From NCBI RefSeq assembly GCF_001949145.1, contig NW_019091361.1:310001-374000 (forward strand): DNA of 64,000 nt. The letters are read 5' to 3'. A model generated the notes under the pieces. It searched no databases. It was not told where the DNA came from and saw nothing but the letters and a program-made list of their open reading frames with translations. The stretch is from Acanthaster planci (Eukaryota). This document shows, one piece after another, positions 12,624 to 26,015 of this stretch. A program made the translations under genes and the position numbers. Within the stretch, counting starts at the first letter, position 1. Every line of letters starts with the position of its first letter.

Positions 12624-15600
12624 ATGAAGCTCCTGACACATAACATGCTGACCTCTCACGTGAAAGGAGTGAAGAATGGATACCCTTTAAAAATTGAGGT
12701 AGGCTGAACCATGGAACCATGGCTGAACAACGTGAACAAGGGGCGTTCATTACCATTCCATAGCATTAGCACCCTCTCTAGGCATCTTCCTATAACTATG
12801 AGGAAAACAAAGTTCCCTTTTTCAAACTAACTAACATTCAGACCTTGAGGATCTATTCCTTAATCCTAGTAGCTCTAGTTTAGGTAAATTTTGACAATAT
12901 TTAAGCAAGAAAACCAGAATTTTTTATCTGAGTTCGTCGAAAGATGACCGCATCACGCCATTTTGTTTCACGTCTTGTTATCTGACCCAGCCATTGTGGA
13001 TATACTGAATTTCATAAAAGAAACGGCACAATTGCAGAATACCCTGCCACTCACCTTACCCACCTCGTAGCCATGGATACGCAGATATGGAGTCATGCTT
13101 CCACCCACAAGGCCCACTTTGTATCCGCGTAGCCGCTCCCCAGGACCCACATTGGACTTAGAAAATTCCTCAGCCATTCTCATTCACTTTGCATTGCAGT
13201 GCTTCATTCTCAAGAATGACTTCAATGCTGTACACAACACGTACCTTGACGCAGCAAGGATAACCCGAAGTCGAACAACCTCCACTTGACTACGTAGCCA
13301 TGGATTGTTAGGGGGTGATTTCGCGTGGCGGGGTATTCTGCAATTACTCCAAAGAAACTTAAATAGTTTCAGGTCAAGGAACCAGATTCGTCTTCCTTCA
13401 CAGCTCTTTGTCGCATCATTTACGCTGCCGTTTTACCCCATAATATCCCTTAAAAGCCAAAGCCTTCCCTCTTCACTTTCTGATGTGAAAGAGGACATCA
13501 CTGCCAACTTATTTAGGTGGGTTTTTCCAAAAAGGTAGACTTTGTTTCCTTATAGGAACAGGGTGCTAATGGTAATGAATGCCCCTTTTTCCCACCATCT
13601 TGACTTATAAATCCCTTGACGATCCGCACACATCTGCATCAGTGTGGTTCCCTGACCACAGATTTCCCTGACGTGTCTATGCATCATCTTAACAAGAGTA
13701 GTCAGAATTATTGGATCTGGTATCCACAGCAACATAAACGCTTGTTACGCTGCACCTGTTTTGTCACGTGATGTACGGCCACAGGTGTGTGCGGATCGTT
13801 GAGGGATTTATAGGTCAGGATGGTAGGAAAAAAGCTCATTTTGGGCCAATAATGTAGGTTTCACTCTACGTTAGTAATATTAGGGACTGTAGGGTCTATT
13901 AACGTTTGTCCAAATAAATTTGAACTCAACAAATTGCCGCTTTTAACATTTGGACATGGATGGCAATAGTTGGGTCCAAGTACCTTCCATAGACTTTTGT
14001 TTATCAATTCATTTCACTCAAAATACATGTAACTTGTATCCTCGAATCAAAATCCTCCATATTTGCCTCTAAAATGGTCCTCAAACTGTCTAATGCACCC
14101 GGCGTAGGATTAACATTAAGTAAGAATCAGAGATTCCAAAAACATGCCGTGTCTGACTGATTCCCGAGCGCGGCAATGTCCGCGGTGCTCATCGGCGTGC
14201 TTGTGCCGACACGGCATGCTTTTTGTGAATGGCCTGCTGGGCCGGCGTGCAGTGACGTCATCTCAAGGACATAAACACACAGTTTAAATCAAAAGGTGAC
14301 AAGGTGGTGGATGAACAAGGTGGCAACTTTGAGCTTGACAACTAGCGTTTCCAATTTGGGAAATTTTTCTTCCCAAATGTGGGTAAACCTTACAATCATT
14401 ATTGGAATCTCCGATTCTCACTTAATGTTAATCTGAAGCCAAAAAATAACACCAAAAATCCCCCTGGCACTGCCTACTGTACTACTGGTCAAGTCAAAGG
14501 CCTATTAGTTTGAGGCCTAGACCTAGTATAACACCTGACATTTACAAATTGGATGAAATGTACATCAATGAAAGCTTTTAATGAGAAAGACATTGGATAA
14601 AAAGTAAATCAAAATAACGTTTCATTTATAAGTTACAACACTTCAAAGTTGCGAATTTTCAAAACTGTCCTACTGCCATTTTTGAAACAGCGAAAGTTAG
14701 TAGACCTAATTCCTAGTTCAAATAGTTTCCAATTCAAATCAATTACAATAAAGTGACTTTTAATCAGATAAAGAGTTTCATAAATTTTATAGAAAATGAA
14801 ATAGCCTGTTTATATCTGTCGAAATCCGACCGTTTTCACTCCACACACATACATGTACAACACTGAACTTCTCAACAAATCCTGTCATTCAAATACACAT
14901 GCCTAGATTTTGCTGGCACATTAACTCCATGGATGAACATGGTCCTCCAAGGACGTATGCATGAGTGACCTATATGTGGTCGAAACACAAGACATGTTGA
15001 CCATGAAACAGTCGTTGGTATGTGTCGTGATCAATACGTCTTGTGCCCCGACCACGTATAGGACACTCGTGCGTGCGTCCTTGGAGGACCATGTTCGTCT
15101 ATAGAGTTAAAGAGTTAATGTGCCAGCGAAATCTAGGCACGCGTACATTGTATTTGAGTGACTGGAGGCTTTGAGAAGTTCCTAAGTGTTGTGCATGTGT
15201 CGAGTGAAAACCGTCGGATTTGCAAGTCCAAAATAACACTGAAGCCCAAACAGTTTGCCTTTAATTTGTAAGGAAGCCAGTAGGTGGTGTTTAAGGTATT
15301 TTGGGTGACTGTTTGGAATTTGGGTGGACCGTTTTCACTTTACTGTAATGTTGCGGAGCATTAGTATGACCGATCCAATACAAAATTCAAACAAAAGGAG
15401 CACTAACGCTAAACTCAGTGGAGCCAATTCGTGTCATTTGGACATTGAGGACACTACTCCAAGAACTGTGAGGCAGTACATATTACTGGCTGTCATTTGG
15501 TTTCCTCTATTTTCCAGGTGGAAAACATGAATATAACTGAAGTTGAGTTCAACCCAGAATTTATATCCAGAATGATTCCACGGTTGGAATGGAAGGCTCT

Positions 15601-17209
15601 TTATGAAGCTGCTCAGATGGTAAATACTTGTAAACAACATGTGTGAAGCAGTTTTGAGAGAAGACAGGCTGAATGAAGATAGTAATAACTTCAGAATTTA
15701 CCTTGTCATCAAAAAGAAAATTCTTGCATCAACTACCCCTTTCTAAAGACTTTGAAAATGTACTTTATAAATCTGAATTTAAGTGAGCTGCTAAACAGTG
15801 TTTTCAGATCTCTTATCCCCTTACACTTTTATTGTCTCAGAGACAAGTTAAATCCAGAAACATTTAGAAGTGGGGAGGGGACTTGCTTGGGCGAAAATTT
15901 GAGATGGTTGTCTTATCTGCTTGTTTTTGTAAATTCTAATAATCCAACAAACTCAGCTTTTCTGAAGGATACAGACCTTAGTCTATTTTTTGCACTAAGT
16001 AGTCATGTTTAAATTAATTATTTACTGAAAACATTCATCCAAGTCAGTAGTTTGGGGGCACACGCACATTGCAAGCTGCTTAAAAGTTAGTTGAAATATG
16101 CCCTTGAACACTGCATGTCTTTATATACATATACCAGTATGTTAGGAACTTCTCCAAACGGCCTTTTGAAGTAATTTGTTGGCTCTCCAAGTTTAGAAAA
16201 CACCAATCTTCCTCTTCTGTATTGTCAGAACTCTTTTGGTAAGTTAACTCAAAATTTCTAAACTGGGCAATTTTGGCCAAATTGCTACATTGGTATATCA
16301 CCACCTGTACTAAGCAAATGAGTATCCCAGGTCAGTTTATTAACAATGCATGAAACAACTTGTGCATACTTTGTTACATGGATTCCTGTGAGGAAACTAT
16401 CAAAGCGCCCTCTGTTGGTCCCAAGTGACAGTGTTTTCAACTTTTAATGAAAAAGAGTTGGCATGACGAGGCAAATGTTCTAACAATTGCTCCCCTCAGC
16501 TGGATGTGGTGGGCGACCTGCCAGCAGAACCAGTTGCAGACTATGAAACAAATGAAGAATTCCTCAGAGCTGCTCACAGAGTCATGTTGGAGGTAAAACA
16601 TTGATAAGTACCTTCAAGAGTCAAGTAAAATATTATGATTGGCTAGGAACCAGTGTTGCATTCCAGATAGGAACCAGTGTTGTGTTCCAGACCTACATGT
16701 TCAAGTACATTATACATTTTTGTATGTGCTGGTCATGCTGGTATGTACATGTGTATTGCAAGTCTTTTACAAGTTAGGATGACCAACAACTAAGGAGTGA
16801 CATATTTATAATCCTTGTTAATAACTTATTAATGAGTTTGATTTAATACACATTTTTACTGCTGGCCAACATGTAATTCAATTTTTTGGCGGAGTCATGT
16901 CTTTGGTCATAATACAACCCTCAATCTTATCTTCTGAAATCTAAGACCAGGCCTTCACTGATTTTGATCAATGGAGGCCTGGCATCCCCGACATTACATG
17001 TGGTTTTAGAATGAGGATGGTTTCTGTGCTTTTTTGATCACAAATTGAAGTCGCGGGTTTATGCATGGGCTTGGCATGGGCTATTCTTGTTTTTCTCTGT
17101 ATAACAGGTGGAAGTACTTGATGGATTCTTAGTGTGTCCAGAGTCAGGCCGTAAATTCCCCATCAAGAACGGCATCCCCAACATGTTACTTAATGAAGAT
17201 GAAGTCTGA
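12624..17209 (+). CDS. TRMT112: tRNA methyltransferase activator subunit TRM112, 123 aa; coding exons 12624-12698, 15518-15619, 16500-16592, 17108-17209
   Basis: Spliced translation [123 protein letters not shown]. Hallmark MKLLTHN N-terminus and CPESGR.FPI..GIPNMLL C-terminus; all introns GT-AG, phase 0; AATAAA at 17755-17760. Confidence 0.97.
13030..13345. mobile_element. MITE-like inverted-repeat element in a TRMT112 intron
   Basis: aattgcagaataccctgccac (~13030) versus gtggcggggtattctgcaatt (~13345), 20/21 complementary. Confidence 0.55.
13586..13833. mobile_element. MITE-like element with ~50-bp TIRs in a TRMT112 intron
   Basis: tttttcccaccatcttgacttataaatcccttgacgatccgcacacatctg versus caggtgtgtgcggatcgttgagggatttataggtcaggatggtaggaaaaaa. 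Confidence 0.7.
14822..15221. repeat. ~400-bp imperfect palindrome (foldback MITE) in a TRMT112 intron
   Basis: Arms align end to end: aaatccgac..ttttcactc / gagtgaaaa..gtcggattt; gctggcacattaactc / gagttaatgtgccagc; gaacatggtcctccaaggacg / cgtccttggaggaccatgttc. Short central spacer near 15015. Confidence 0.85.
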
Positions 17210-19147
17210 CATAGTGAGAAGGGATGAAATCTCTAGAAACATGTTCCATCTTGATCAGTGTCACTTGATGGTGTCAACATGCACAGCATGTCCGTGAGGA
17301 AAGCCTCCCATCAATTTTGAAAAAGAAGAAAGGAATTTTGTGTGGCAACTCTCGTTGATGCTACTTTGACAAAGACTCTATTGCAAGGTGCACGTTGGAG
17401 GTTGGATTGTAAGATATGCAGTTATGACTCAATGTGTGTATATGCAGATATAAAGTCAGATGTACAGGGGTTATTTCATGAAAAACAATGGCCCAGTGTA
17501 ATTTAATTCACCATTCATAACACTGCATCATATGATGGTTGCTTTAATTTATTTCAAGAAACTTACAATGGGCTAAAGGCATCATAACTTTCCTAGTAAG
17601 TTGTAGCAACACGTCATAAGTTCAGATGGACCTTTTAATTGTAGAATTGTCTTTTCAGAGCCATTTGTACAACATAAAATTCAAAGGAACAGGACTACAC
17701 CATCAATTATGTATTGAACATGTCACTTGCCAGGGAAATCAAATTACAGTTGTAAATAAAATGAATCAGATTCTGTTCCTTAATTTTTTTGGCCATTTGT
17801 TGCCACCTGTTGTTTACAAAGTACACAAACTCATCATATTGCATGTACATGTATTTGCATAAAATTAGATACATTACATATACAGCATGTTTAGTGAGGT
17901 CCGTTTTGTGAGCATTGTAGGCCTCATTGATAAACTCGAGGAAAGACTATGGGGGTTGACCCTCCCCCGAGTTTTAGGCATTTAATTTTTTATTTTAATC
18001 TCGGGAGGTAATTTTACAAATAATAAACGTCTTATAATATGCTTCAGTCTCCACCGCGACCTCCCATGTATAAAAGTAGATAGCGCAGTTGATAGTTATC
18101 AAGACTCCTGGTTATGGACGGAGCGGTCCCCTACAAAGTGCAAACACTTGTATAAAGGAAGTACAAGATGATTTATAAGGGCTATTAAGGAGCTATTCTA
18201 GTGGCAGGGACTAGGTGCGCCATCATTACAATTTTTAATACAAAGTCCGTCTACCACAACAACCGTAAACCTTACAGAACCACTGCTTTGAGGCAATAGC
18301 CGTAAGATACCATGGCGTAGCCAAGGGGAGAGGCACCTGCCTGGAATTCTTTAACCCCAATCCCCCCTCCTCAGAACCTTGCTACGTAGCGGGGCGGGGG
18401 CGCAACTACCCCTCCCCTCTGCGGGAACTCTTGTTCCCCTACCCCCCCCCAAGATCCTGACTGCGTCATTGGTAAGGTACATAGTTGTGACTATTGCGGA
18501 TCCGATTGTGCAGTATTCTACTCTTAAGCATGGCTCCTATCCTCGTCCATTTGTCCACACCCATTCGGACCACATCCACCACACACAAACCCCGTCTTCA
18601 CCTACATATCAAGGGTAAGCAGATAACATAAACTTGTCACAGATGTACTGTTTGTTTCTTTTCGTGTTGTTATTAGTAGACGTTGAACCTACAGAGCATT
18701 TTCATTCTCGTAGTGTATATCACATGTGCATCACGTATAGGCTGTTTAGAACTCAGCTACTTGCGGTTTTGGTTTACAAATGCTATAAACTAAACTCAAG
18801 AAATATTCTTCACTTTGCCCTTGTTCCGGAATAAAGAAATGAAAAAGGACTCCTATTTTTATAGAGGTGTTTACCTGGCCAAGAAGTCTTCAAAACGTAT
18901 TGGATGAATGAATAAACCGTGTAGATTTTACCATTTTTAAAGATAACGTTTATGAGATTCTTTCGAATTTCTCTGTGACGCGTGCTTGAGAGATTGTAAA
19001 CGGAGTGGAGCTTAATTTTTCAAAATTTGATTTAAACCTTGGCGTAGAAAAACAGTGTTTAATTATCAAGTGTGAACAACGTTTTTTCCAAAAGCTTTTC
19101 GCTGTTCACATGCTTTAAAATGTAAATGTATCGATTATGAGTCATTA

Positions 19148-19420
19148 CCAGTGGTGAACCCTCGTGCCGGAAATTGGGAGATTGATGGATGGGGATTTGT
19201 TGGGGAGGATGGCTTGCCCGGCTATGGAAATGTGACACCATATGACACTATATAGGGGGCGATGTCCATGATGCCGATGTTCGTCTTTAATGTGTATTAC
19301 ATTACTGCAGAATCTTACACCAGAACGGCATATCTATGGGTTTTAAATTTGTTCCCTTTTGAGTGGTATTTGATGTATTTTGGTCGTTGGGAAGTCCGAC
19401 ATTTTTTTCACGATCCGCTT
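19148..19420 (-). repeat. Dispersed repeat copy B (partner of 11395-11675)
   Basis: Reverse-complement colinear similarity to copy A. Confidence 0.7.
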
Positions 19421-22094
19421 TAATGTATTGCTCACCTCGAAAAATTGCGGGATGATTCAGTAACGCCCCCCCCAAAAAAGGGGGGGAATATACAACCCCA
19501 CCCCTACCCCTGGATTTACGCCCATACATTTAACTCATGGGGTGCCTTCTGAACAGTGAAACAAGCAGAGGTTAAAGTTTACCTGCAGTTACAGGATTGC
19601 ATTGTACTTTTTCCAAAATCAAATGCTTTTGGCGGTGTCCTCGTGTTTAGAAAGATCTAATGTCTTGTTAACTCGTCAGAGATAATTTTGTTGATAACCT
19701 TGACGAAATCAAATCCCGATCAGCAGTCGCGCAGGTAAGGGGTGTGGAGTGGTAGAGTGCAGTGGACGGAAGGATTGAAGAGCAAATTCGAGATGCTGAT
19801 AAGTAAATGATACGGGCAAATGGATTATAAATGAATCCAGAACACTAAAATTAAATACGAAACCCGAAGCTGGGATTATGAAAAAATTCTCAAATAAACT
19901 TTTATCCTTAATTGTCTTTATAGCCTAGTTTTGTTACTTATCCTAAAAGGTACAAAAAATTTTGTCACGGGAAAACGGAACCCTTTCTACATCCATTATG
20001 GCCTGACATTTTAGGGAAATACACTTTCACGGTACTTGAACACTGCACCTACTTGTCTATCTTTACCTTAGCTGTTTACATCAACCAGTCTTATAAAGAA
20101 ACTGATAGCAATATCAATATTTTTTGTCCATTCATATTTAGGTAAGTGCTGACTCTAACTTGGAAGTAGTGATCGTTGTTTGTTTGCAATTTTTTCCTGC
20201 CACATTGAGCGCTTTTAAGTTGGATCGAGCTATTCAACATTCATGTGAAACGAAAAGTTCACAGGGAAACTGAAGTTAAACGTTCTTCATCATATAAAAA
20301 AAATTCCAATATCCTGTGGGCATTCCCACTACCCTGGAAATACGAGGCCGCGACAAACCACAATTCAAATCGTTTTCTGGCACGTGGATGCCATATCTGT
20401 GTTCATATTACTCTGTGAATTGGGTTCCTACAACAGGCGCCAGCGCATTTCTAACAAAGATGCCAATGGATTGACGGGGGGGGGGAGCGTTGTTGACGAA
20501 GGAACACAACTCAATCTTACCAGTTTTTATACATAAGCATAGATCTACCGATTAGAAAGACATTCCAAATAAATTCAACTGTTCGGTTGATCTTGATCGT
20601 TTATGTTACGTAATTTACCACACCATCATTACCACCCCTTCCTCAAAAACGAAAGGAACGCAAATATTGATATGAAGGAAATGTTAGGTTAGGTAGGTAG
20701 CCTAACAGTACCGTGGGGAAAACAAACTCTCACTTCTTTGGATGCAGGGTATTTTCTCAACACGAAGCCTTTCTGGTAATTTTCATATTAGATTTGTCAG
20801 ATTTGTTTATCTTGCTGGAATAGGACTTTGGGGTGTACACATTTCCTCCGACGGTGAAATAAGATCAAAACAATCACTTGCAGTAGGATTTCATACCCTG
20901 ATAAAAAATTTCAGTGTCACTCTATGTTAAAACTTTAATATGTAGACATTAGTTACAAAAAGCACCTTTGGCCAACGTGATGCAGGCATATTACACCATC
21001 ACAAACAGTAATTGAGATGGAACGAAAATGGCCTCTCAAGTCTTTGAAAAGGCTACATAAAAGCAAGCAAACAAATATCTCTACAGTCCCCTACCCTTGT
21101 CTTGTTAACGATAGGTCTCCTTCGAAATCATTAAATCATATTACACATTACATATTCAGCCACCTATAATGCTTATTTTGCAGCAAGGAGCCATGCTGTT
21201 GCTTACGGGCCGAGGGTCGCTTTTACCTATTCATGACTATTCATTTTGTCAGGAAAAAAATGAAGAAACTTCTCTATCCAAGGTGTCCAGTACTTCTATA
21301 TATAGACACACATACTTCCTTTTTAAAATCCCATTTCTGAGGAGGATGTTAACAAGAGGGAATGTAGCACTTTCTCTTTTCATTTCCAATATATACCACC
21401 TGTCGATGTCGGAAATACAAACCACTCCCCAATTTAAGCATAGCCACATCCGCTAAAGCTTTGCTCCACTTTCTACATTTAGAAGAATGTGGGTTTTTTA
21501 CATATACCTTGCGGTATGTTAAAACTGGAGAACCCCTGCAATAGAAACGAATGGCTGTTTTGTTTTCGTAGCCCATCATCATCATGGCCGTCTACGCAAC
21601 CCGACTTTCACGGAGTTCATACGTTGTAGGCATATGCAAATGCTTGGCTGCTCATGCATAACCAAACGCCGTCAACAAGGCAGAAGCGTATTTTAAGTTA
21701 ATTAACCTAAGAAAGTTGGGAGCTCACTCTTGCTGACATTAACGATCAGATTAGGAACGATATTTTGAAGCAGTTAACAAAGATTTCAGAATCATTTTTG
21801 TCCACTTCTTCATTATTCTGGGATTTCTTTTGTTTGATGGCTCAGTTTAAAAGACATTCACCAACAGTAGGAATGAATCAGCATTGCAAAATTATTCAGG
21901 CCTAAAGCACTAAAGTAAGAACCTCGCCAACAGTAAGTACTCATTTGTTAGGTTATTAAGGAAGTCCCGGGTTCCAATCTAAATGAGATAGTCTGACGTA
22001 CTCTCAAATTGAGAGACAAGCCATATATAGCCCATAACTATTGGGAATGATTTTCATCAGTATTGTTCTACTGGTTACAAATTGTATGCAAGAC

Positions 22095-25000
22095 TTAAAA
22101 CTGACCAGAAAGCTGGTGTGCGGACTTCTGGCCCCCAACAGAACCCTTAGCCATTGACAGCATTTGTTGATGGTGTTGATTTTGGGGTCTGTACGGTTCA
22201 TGTCCATTTAGTTGACAGTGTGGTTGCTGAAGGCAGTAACTCTGTTGTTGTCGATGCAGTTGATGTTGATATTGCATTCGTTGTTGATGTGGTTGTTGAT
22301 CATGCTGATGTTGCGGGAACCGTGACTGATCTTCGAGTTGAAGCAGCGGTGGATTCTGTGTGAATTTTCTTTGGAGTGCACAATTTGGCAAGTGTTGTCT
22401 TAGTGTTTCTTCCAGCGCTCGCTTTTCCTTTTCCAATTCAGCGATGCCTTTCATTAAATCATTATTCTGGGCCTCGAGATTGTCGGATTCCTGCGGCCAA
22501 GTATTGAGTGAGAAAAGACAATTCGAATTATTTCATTAACCAGAAATTTATGGGCTATCAGATATTTATTTCGATGGACCATACGAATGCAATATATTTG
22601 CAATTTCACTTTTTGAATCAGTGTTCAAAGAATTTTTCCAAAAAATGAGAGCTCAGGACGTAAACTAAATGAAACTAAAAAAACCCATCAAACCAGTTTC
22701 ATTTAATTATTCTTGATTTGTAACTAGTTAATTCATGACTAATTGCATAATAAATTAGTCGCGAATTGTGCCTCATTATTTGAATAATTTGGCGTTATTT
22801 AATAAATAACGTCAGTAAGATTTCGGTGGCACTCGCAAATGCCATGCAGTTGATTCTTAACTTTAGTAACAAGGAATTTTTCCCTTACGCGATTTCCTAA
22901 AAAATTGACTTTTCCCACAGGAGGCCTAGGCCGGAAATCATTTGCCCTGTTTTGCGAGACAAACTAATCTGATTAATAAAGCAACTAGTATGACTCGTTG
23001 TCAAATGTCATAATAGTATAGGTTAAAATATTGACCATAACTTCAGTTTGTTGTTCAGAGTTTCTTGGTACCATAAGGTTCGACAGAGTTAGTTTGTTCC
23101 TACTAGGCTAATACATACCCACGGTCACCATGATCGTATAACTTCCTTATAAAGAGGAATAAGTTAGAGGAGGGAAATTCCTGGGACATGTTAGATCCGG
23201 GTTGTAGACTCACTGTGGGTCATAATTCTGACAAATTGTCAGGTGATTCGTGAAGTTTGATAATGAAGGAAATTCTTGTATTTAATTACTACATTGAGCA
23301 CCCCCTCTGCGGTGGGATTGTAATGAAGTCTTATTCTACACCCTTCCTTTAAAATCTGAGAATGTACGCTGTGTTGTTACAGATTAATAAAAACCTTTTT
23401 AAACATTTGTAGATATGAACTACGGCAAAGTTGGATAAAGTAGTTTGTGACCTTGTTACACTGATTACTATCGGTAAGTAGTGTAGGCCCCCATAACGTT
23501 TGATGAATCGAAAAATGGTAGTCGATCAAATCAACAGTCAAAACCTTCTATACCCTGCGGTATTCCATCTCAGCTTTAAAAATATTCGATTAATAATGAC
23601 AAAATATGCTCTTTTGTCGTGTTTGATATCAATGATCTTTATTCAGACATTTATTACTTCAAATGGCACAGTGTCATATCTTCAATAGTTATTTAGAGAT
23701 TTTGAAATCCAGGGTCTAGTTTTTCTTTCTTTTTTATCAGAGTTCAGCATCATTCTGGATCGTTGTTTGTATGAAAGTAGTTGCGGGCTTTCTGCTTGGT
23801 TTTGCATACCAAGCACCTTGATAAACCGCAATCAAGTTTATGTTTGAAATATTCGTGAGTAAAATTCTCGGTTTTGTTAACTCTGAACTGTACCGTCATA
23901 CTATTTTAGCTGTCTCCGTGTTTACAGTTTGTTCGATCAGAATGTGGCAATGAAAGTTTTCTGCCATGCAACATGTCATGTTTGCAGAGACTTGTAACGA
24001 GACTTATATGACTGCAACGGTTTTTAAGACAGCGGAATAGCTTTGCATGATCTACCCACCTGGACCAAAGCGGCTGCAAGATGACGCCGTCTATCTCTGC
24101 AGCGCGCAGCGGCCAAGCGGTTCCGCTCTCTCCGCTGTTGTATCCTCGTCTCATCGTCCGGGGACAACTTGAGAGCAGAATGGAAATCAAAACCATTAAC
24201 AGCAAGCAATTTTATAAAATTTCGGACAGGTTCAACAATAGAATTTAGGCTGAACTGTTCAACATTCAGCCATTTCAAAGAGCCTGAATCCCATTTCATA
24301 TGTATTTGGCAAAATATAATTACATATATAAAATTATGATTGTAATTTGCTGGGTTTTAGACATCCTGTTTTCCTGTCATTTTATTTAAAGTCGTGCACT
24401 AGTGTGGACAAGGTTGGATTACAGAGTGGCAAATTGCAACGGGATGAAAATGTCATCACAAAATCAGAACGCTTATAAAAGCAAAAGGGTTATAAATGCA
24501 AAATCAGAACCCTGAAAAATTAATAAAACCATTGAATAATATCAAACCAGTGTCGTGAATCGTGCTGGAGACTCAGTCCAAAAATTGCCCGGCCGTAGAA
24601 GTTCAAAAAGTAGGGCGGGGGGGGGAAATAACAGGTGACCACTATAACCCCTATAACCTTACTTCAGAACGACGAATTCAGAACTTTCATACCCCCCCTT
24701 CAGTACTATTGGATAAATGTCAGGTGTTGGGAAGTTGGCCCTGTTTTCCTCACCACGAAAAGGTGGGGACTGATGCAGTAGCCTATATCCCCCGAAAGTG
24801 GGGGATGCATACCCCTTGCCCCCGAGGTTTACACCCCTTCTTAAAAACAGTTTCTCAAACTCCAACTATCTTATTAAAAGCCTTCATAGAAGTTGTTAGC
24901 GAAAACACCTCCATGTACTTGCTTTCAATATAAAAAAGAAGAAAATACGTTTGACACTTTTGTCCAGTCCTCCATGATGGATTTCTGGAAGGCGCGTTTT

Positions 25001-26015
25001 ATGCCCAAGATGGCCATGCTGTCAAGGTTTACGGTTGTCTGAAATGACAGGACTTTTACCGGACAGTTCCAGATCGACAAGGTGTAACATTTTGTCAGTT
25101 TTGCAAAATTATGTCGTAGCATAATAAGTGTTTTCCTGTGTACATATATAGACATGACCACATTGCAAATGTGCTAAGCAAGGAAGGACACGGCAAAGAA
25201 AGAAATAAATAGACATAGAAAAAAATATGGGTAGAGGCTTTCGTGAACACTGGACTGAAACAAGCCCGTGGCTCATTGCCATAATGACTGTTGTGCTGTC
25301 AAACACAGCAGGCAAGTTTGGAAAATCAAGGCGTGAAAAACTGCGCCAAACTCTCATGAACGTTGTCTAATGAATACTGTTTGTGGATTTCTCAATCTTT
25401 ATCAACTTTGAAGTTTTCACATAAATGTTCAGCTTTCTTTTAACCGTAAACTTATGCGGCCATTCTACATGCACTTTGTTTGAAGAAATAATATTGTTGT
25501 TTCACTTGATGAGTTGGCTTGTCGGTGTTTTTGTTTTTCATTTGCCTTAAAGTATAAAGAATTCAAATATCCTTAATGAAAAATTACTTTGACAAGAAGC
25601 CCTGCTATTTTAACCTTAAACTCAAATCTATAGCTCTATATAGTATACAGGAAATAAATCATCTAGAAATTGAAAAATTGATCGTCACTAAATCAAGAAT
25701 GTCTATCTTCCTTGTGGGTTTAGCTGTTTGGTCAGTAAGTAGCAAAGGTGGCCAAGTACTCACCGTGTTACTGGACCCTAAGTCATCCTCGTCGCTTCGC
25801 TCACCTTCCTGGTCCTCAAGGGACTCCCCTGTTAGCCTGCCCTGTCCTACATCCAGTCGAACTACGCTTCTTCTGTCGAGCTCCGTGAAGTTGAAGCTGT
25901 CTGAGCAATCAACAACGGCTTCCTTCCCGGTGAAATCGCGTATGTACTCGGCCATCTTACCGTTGTTATTGCCTGGTAATTGTCTCGTAGTTCGGAACGC
26001 TAACAGTGACACCAT
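22095..26015 (-). CDS. Fos/ATF3-family bZIP factor (cluster gene D) with Gln/His-rich C-terminus, ~251 aa (231 aa from the ATG at 25955); coding exons 26015-25764, 24167-24060, 22490-22095
   Basis: ...SDEDDLGSSNT|gtgagt; aag|LSPDDETRIQQRRERNRLAAARCRDRRRHLAAALVQ|gtgggt (108 nt); cag|ESDNLEAQNNDLMKGIAELEKEKRALEETLRQHLPNC... Has the N-x7-R basic region, five heptad Leu and HxxxC. TATAAA at 26485-26480. Subfamily (ATF3 vs BATF vs Fos-like) unresolved. Confidence 0.88.

Noticed and set aside
11395..19420. Inverted repeats bracketing TRMT112 as a giant gene-capturing transposon
   Set aside because: Copies are strongly diverged with no defined termini or TSD, and TRMT112 is an intact intron-containing gene; two independent insertions are simpler.
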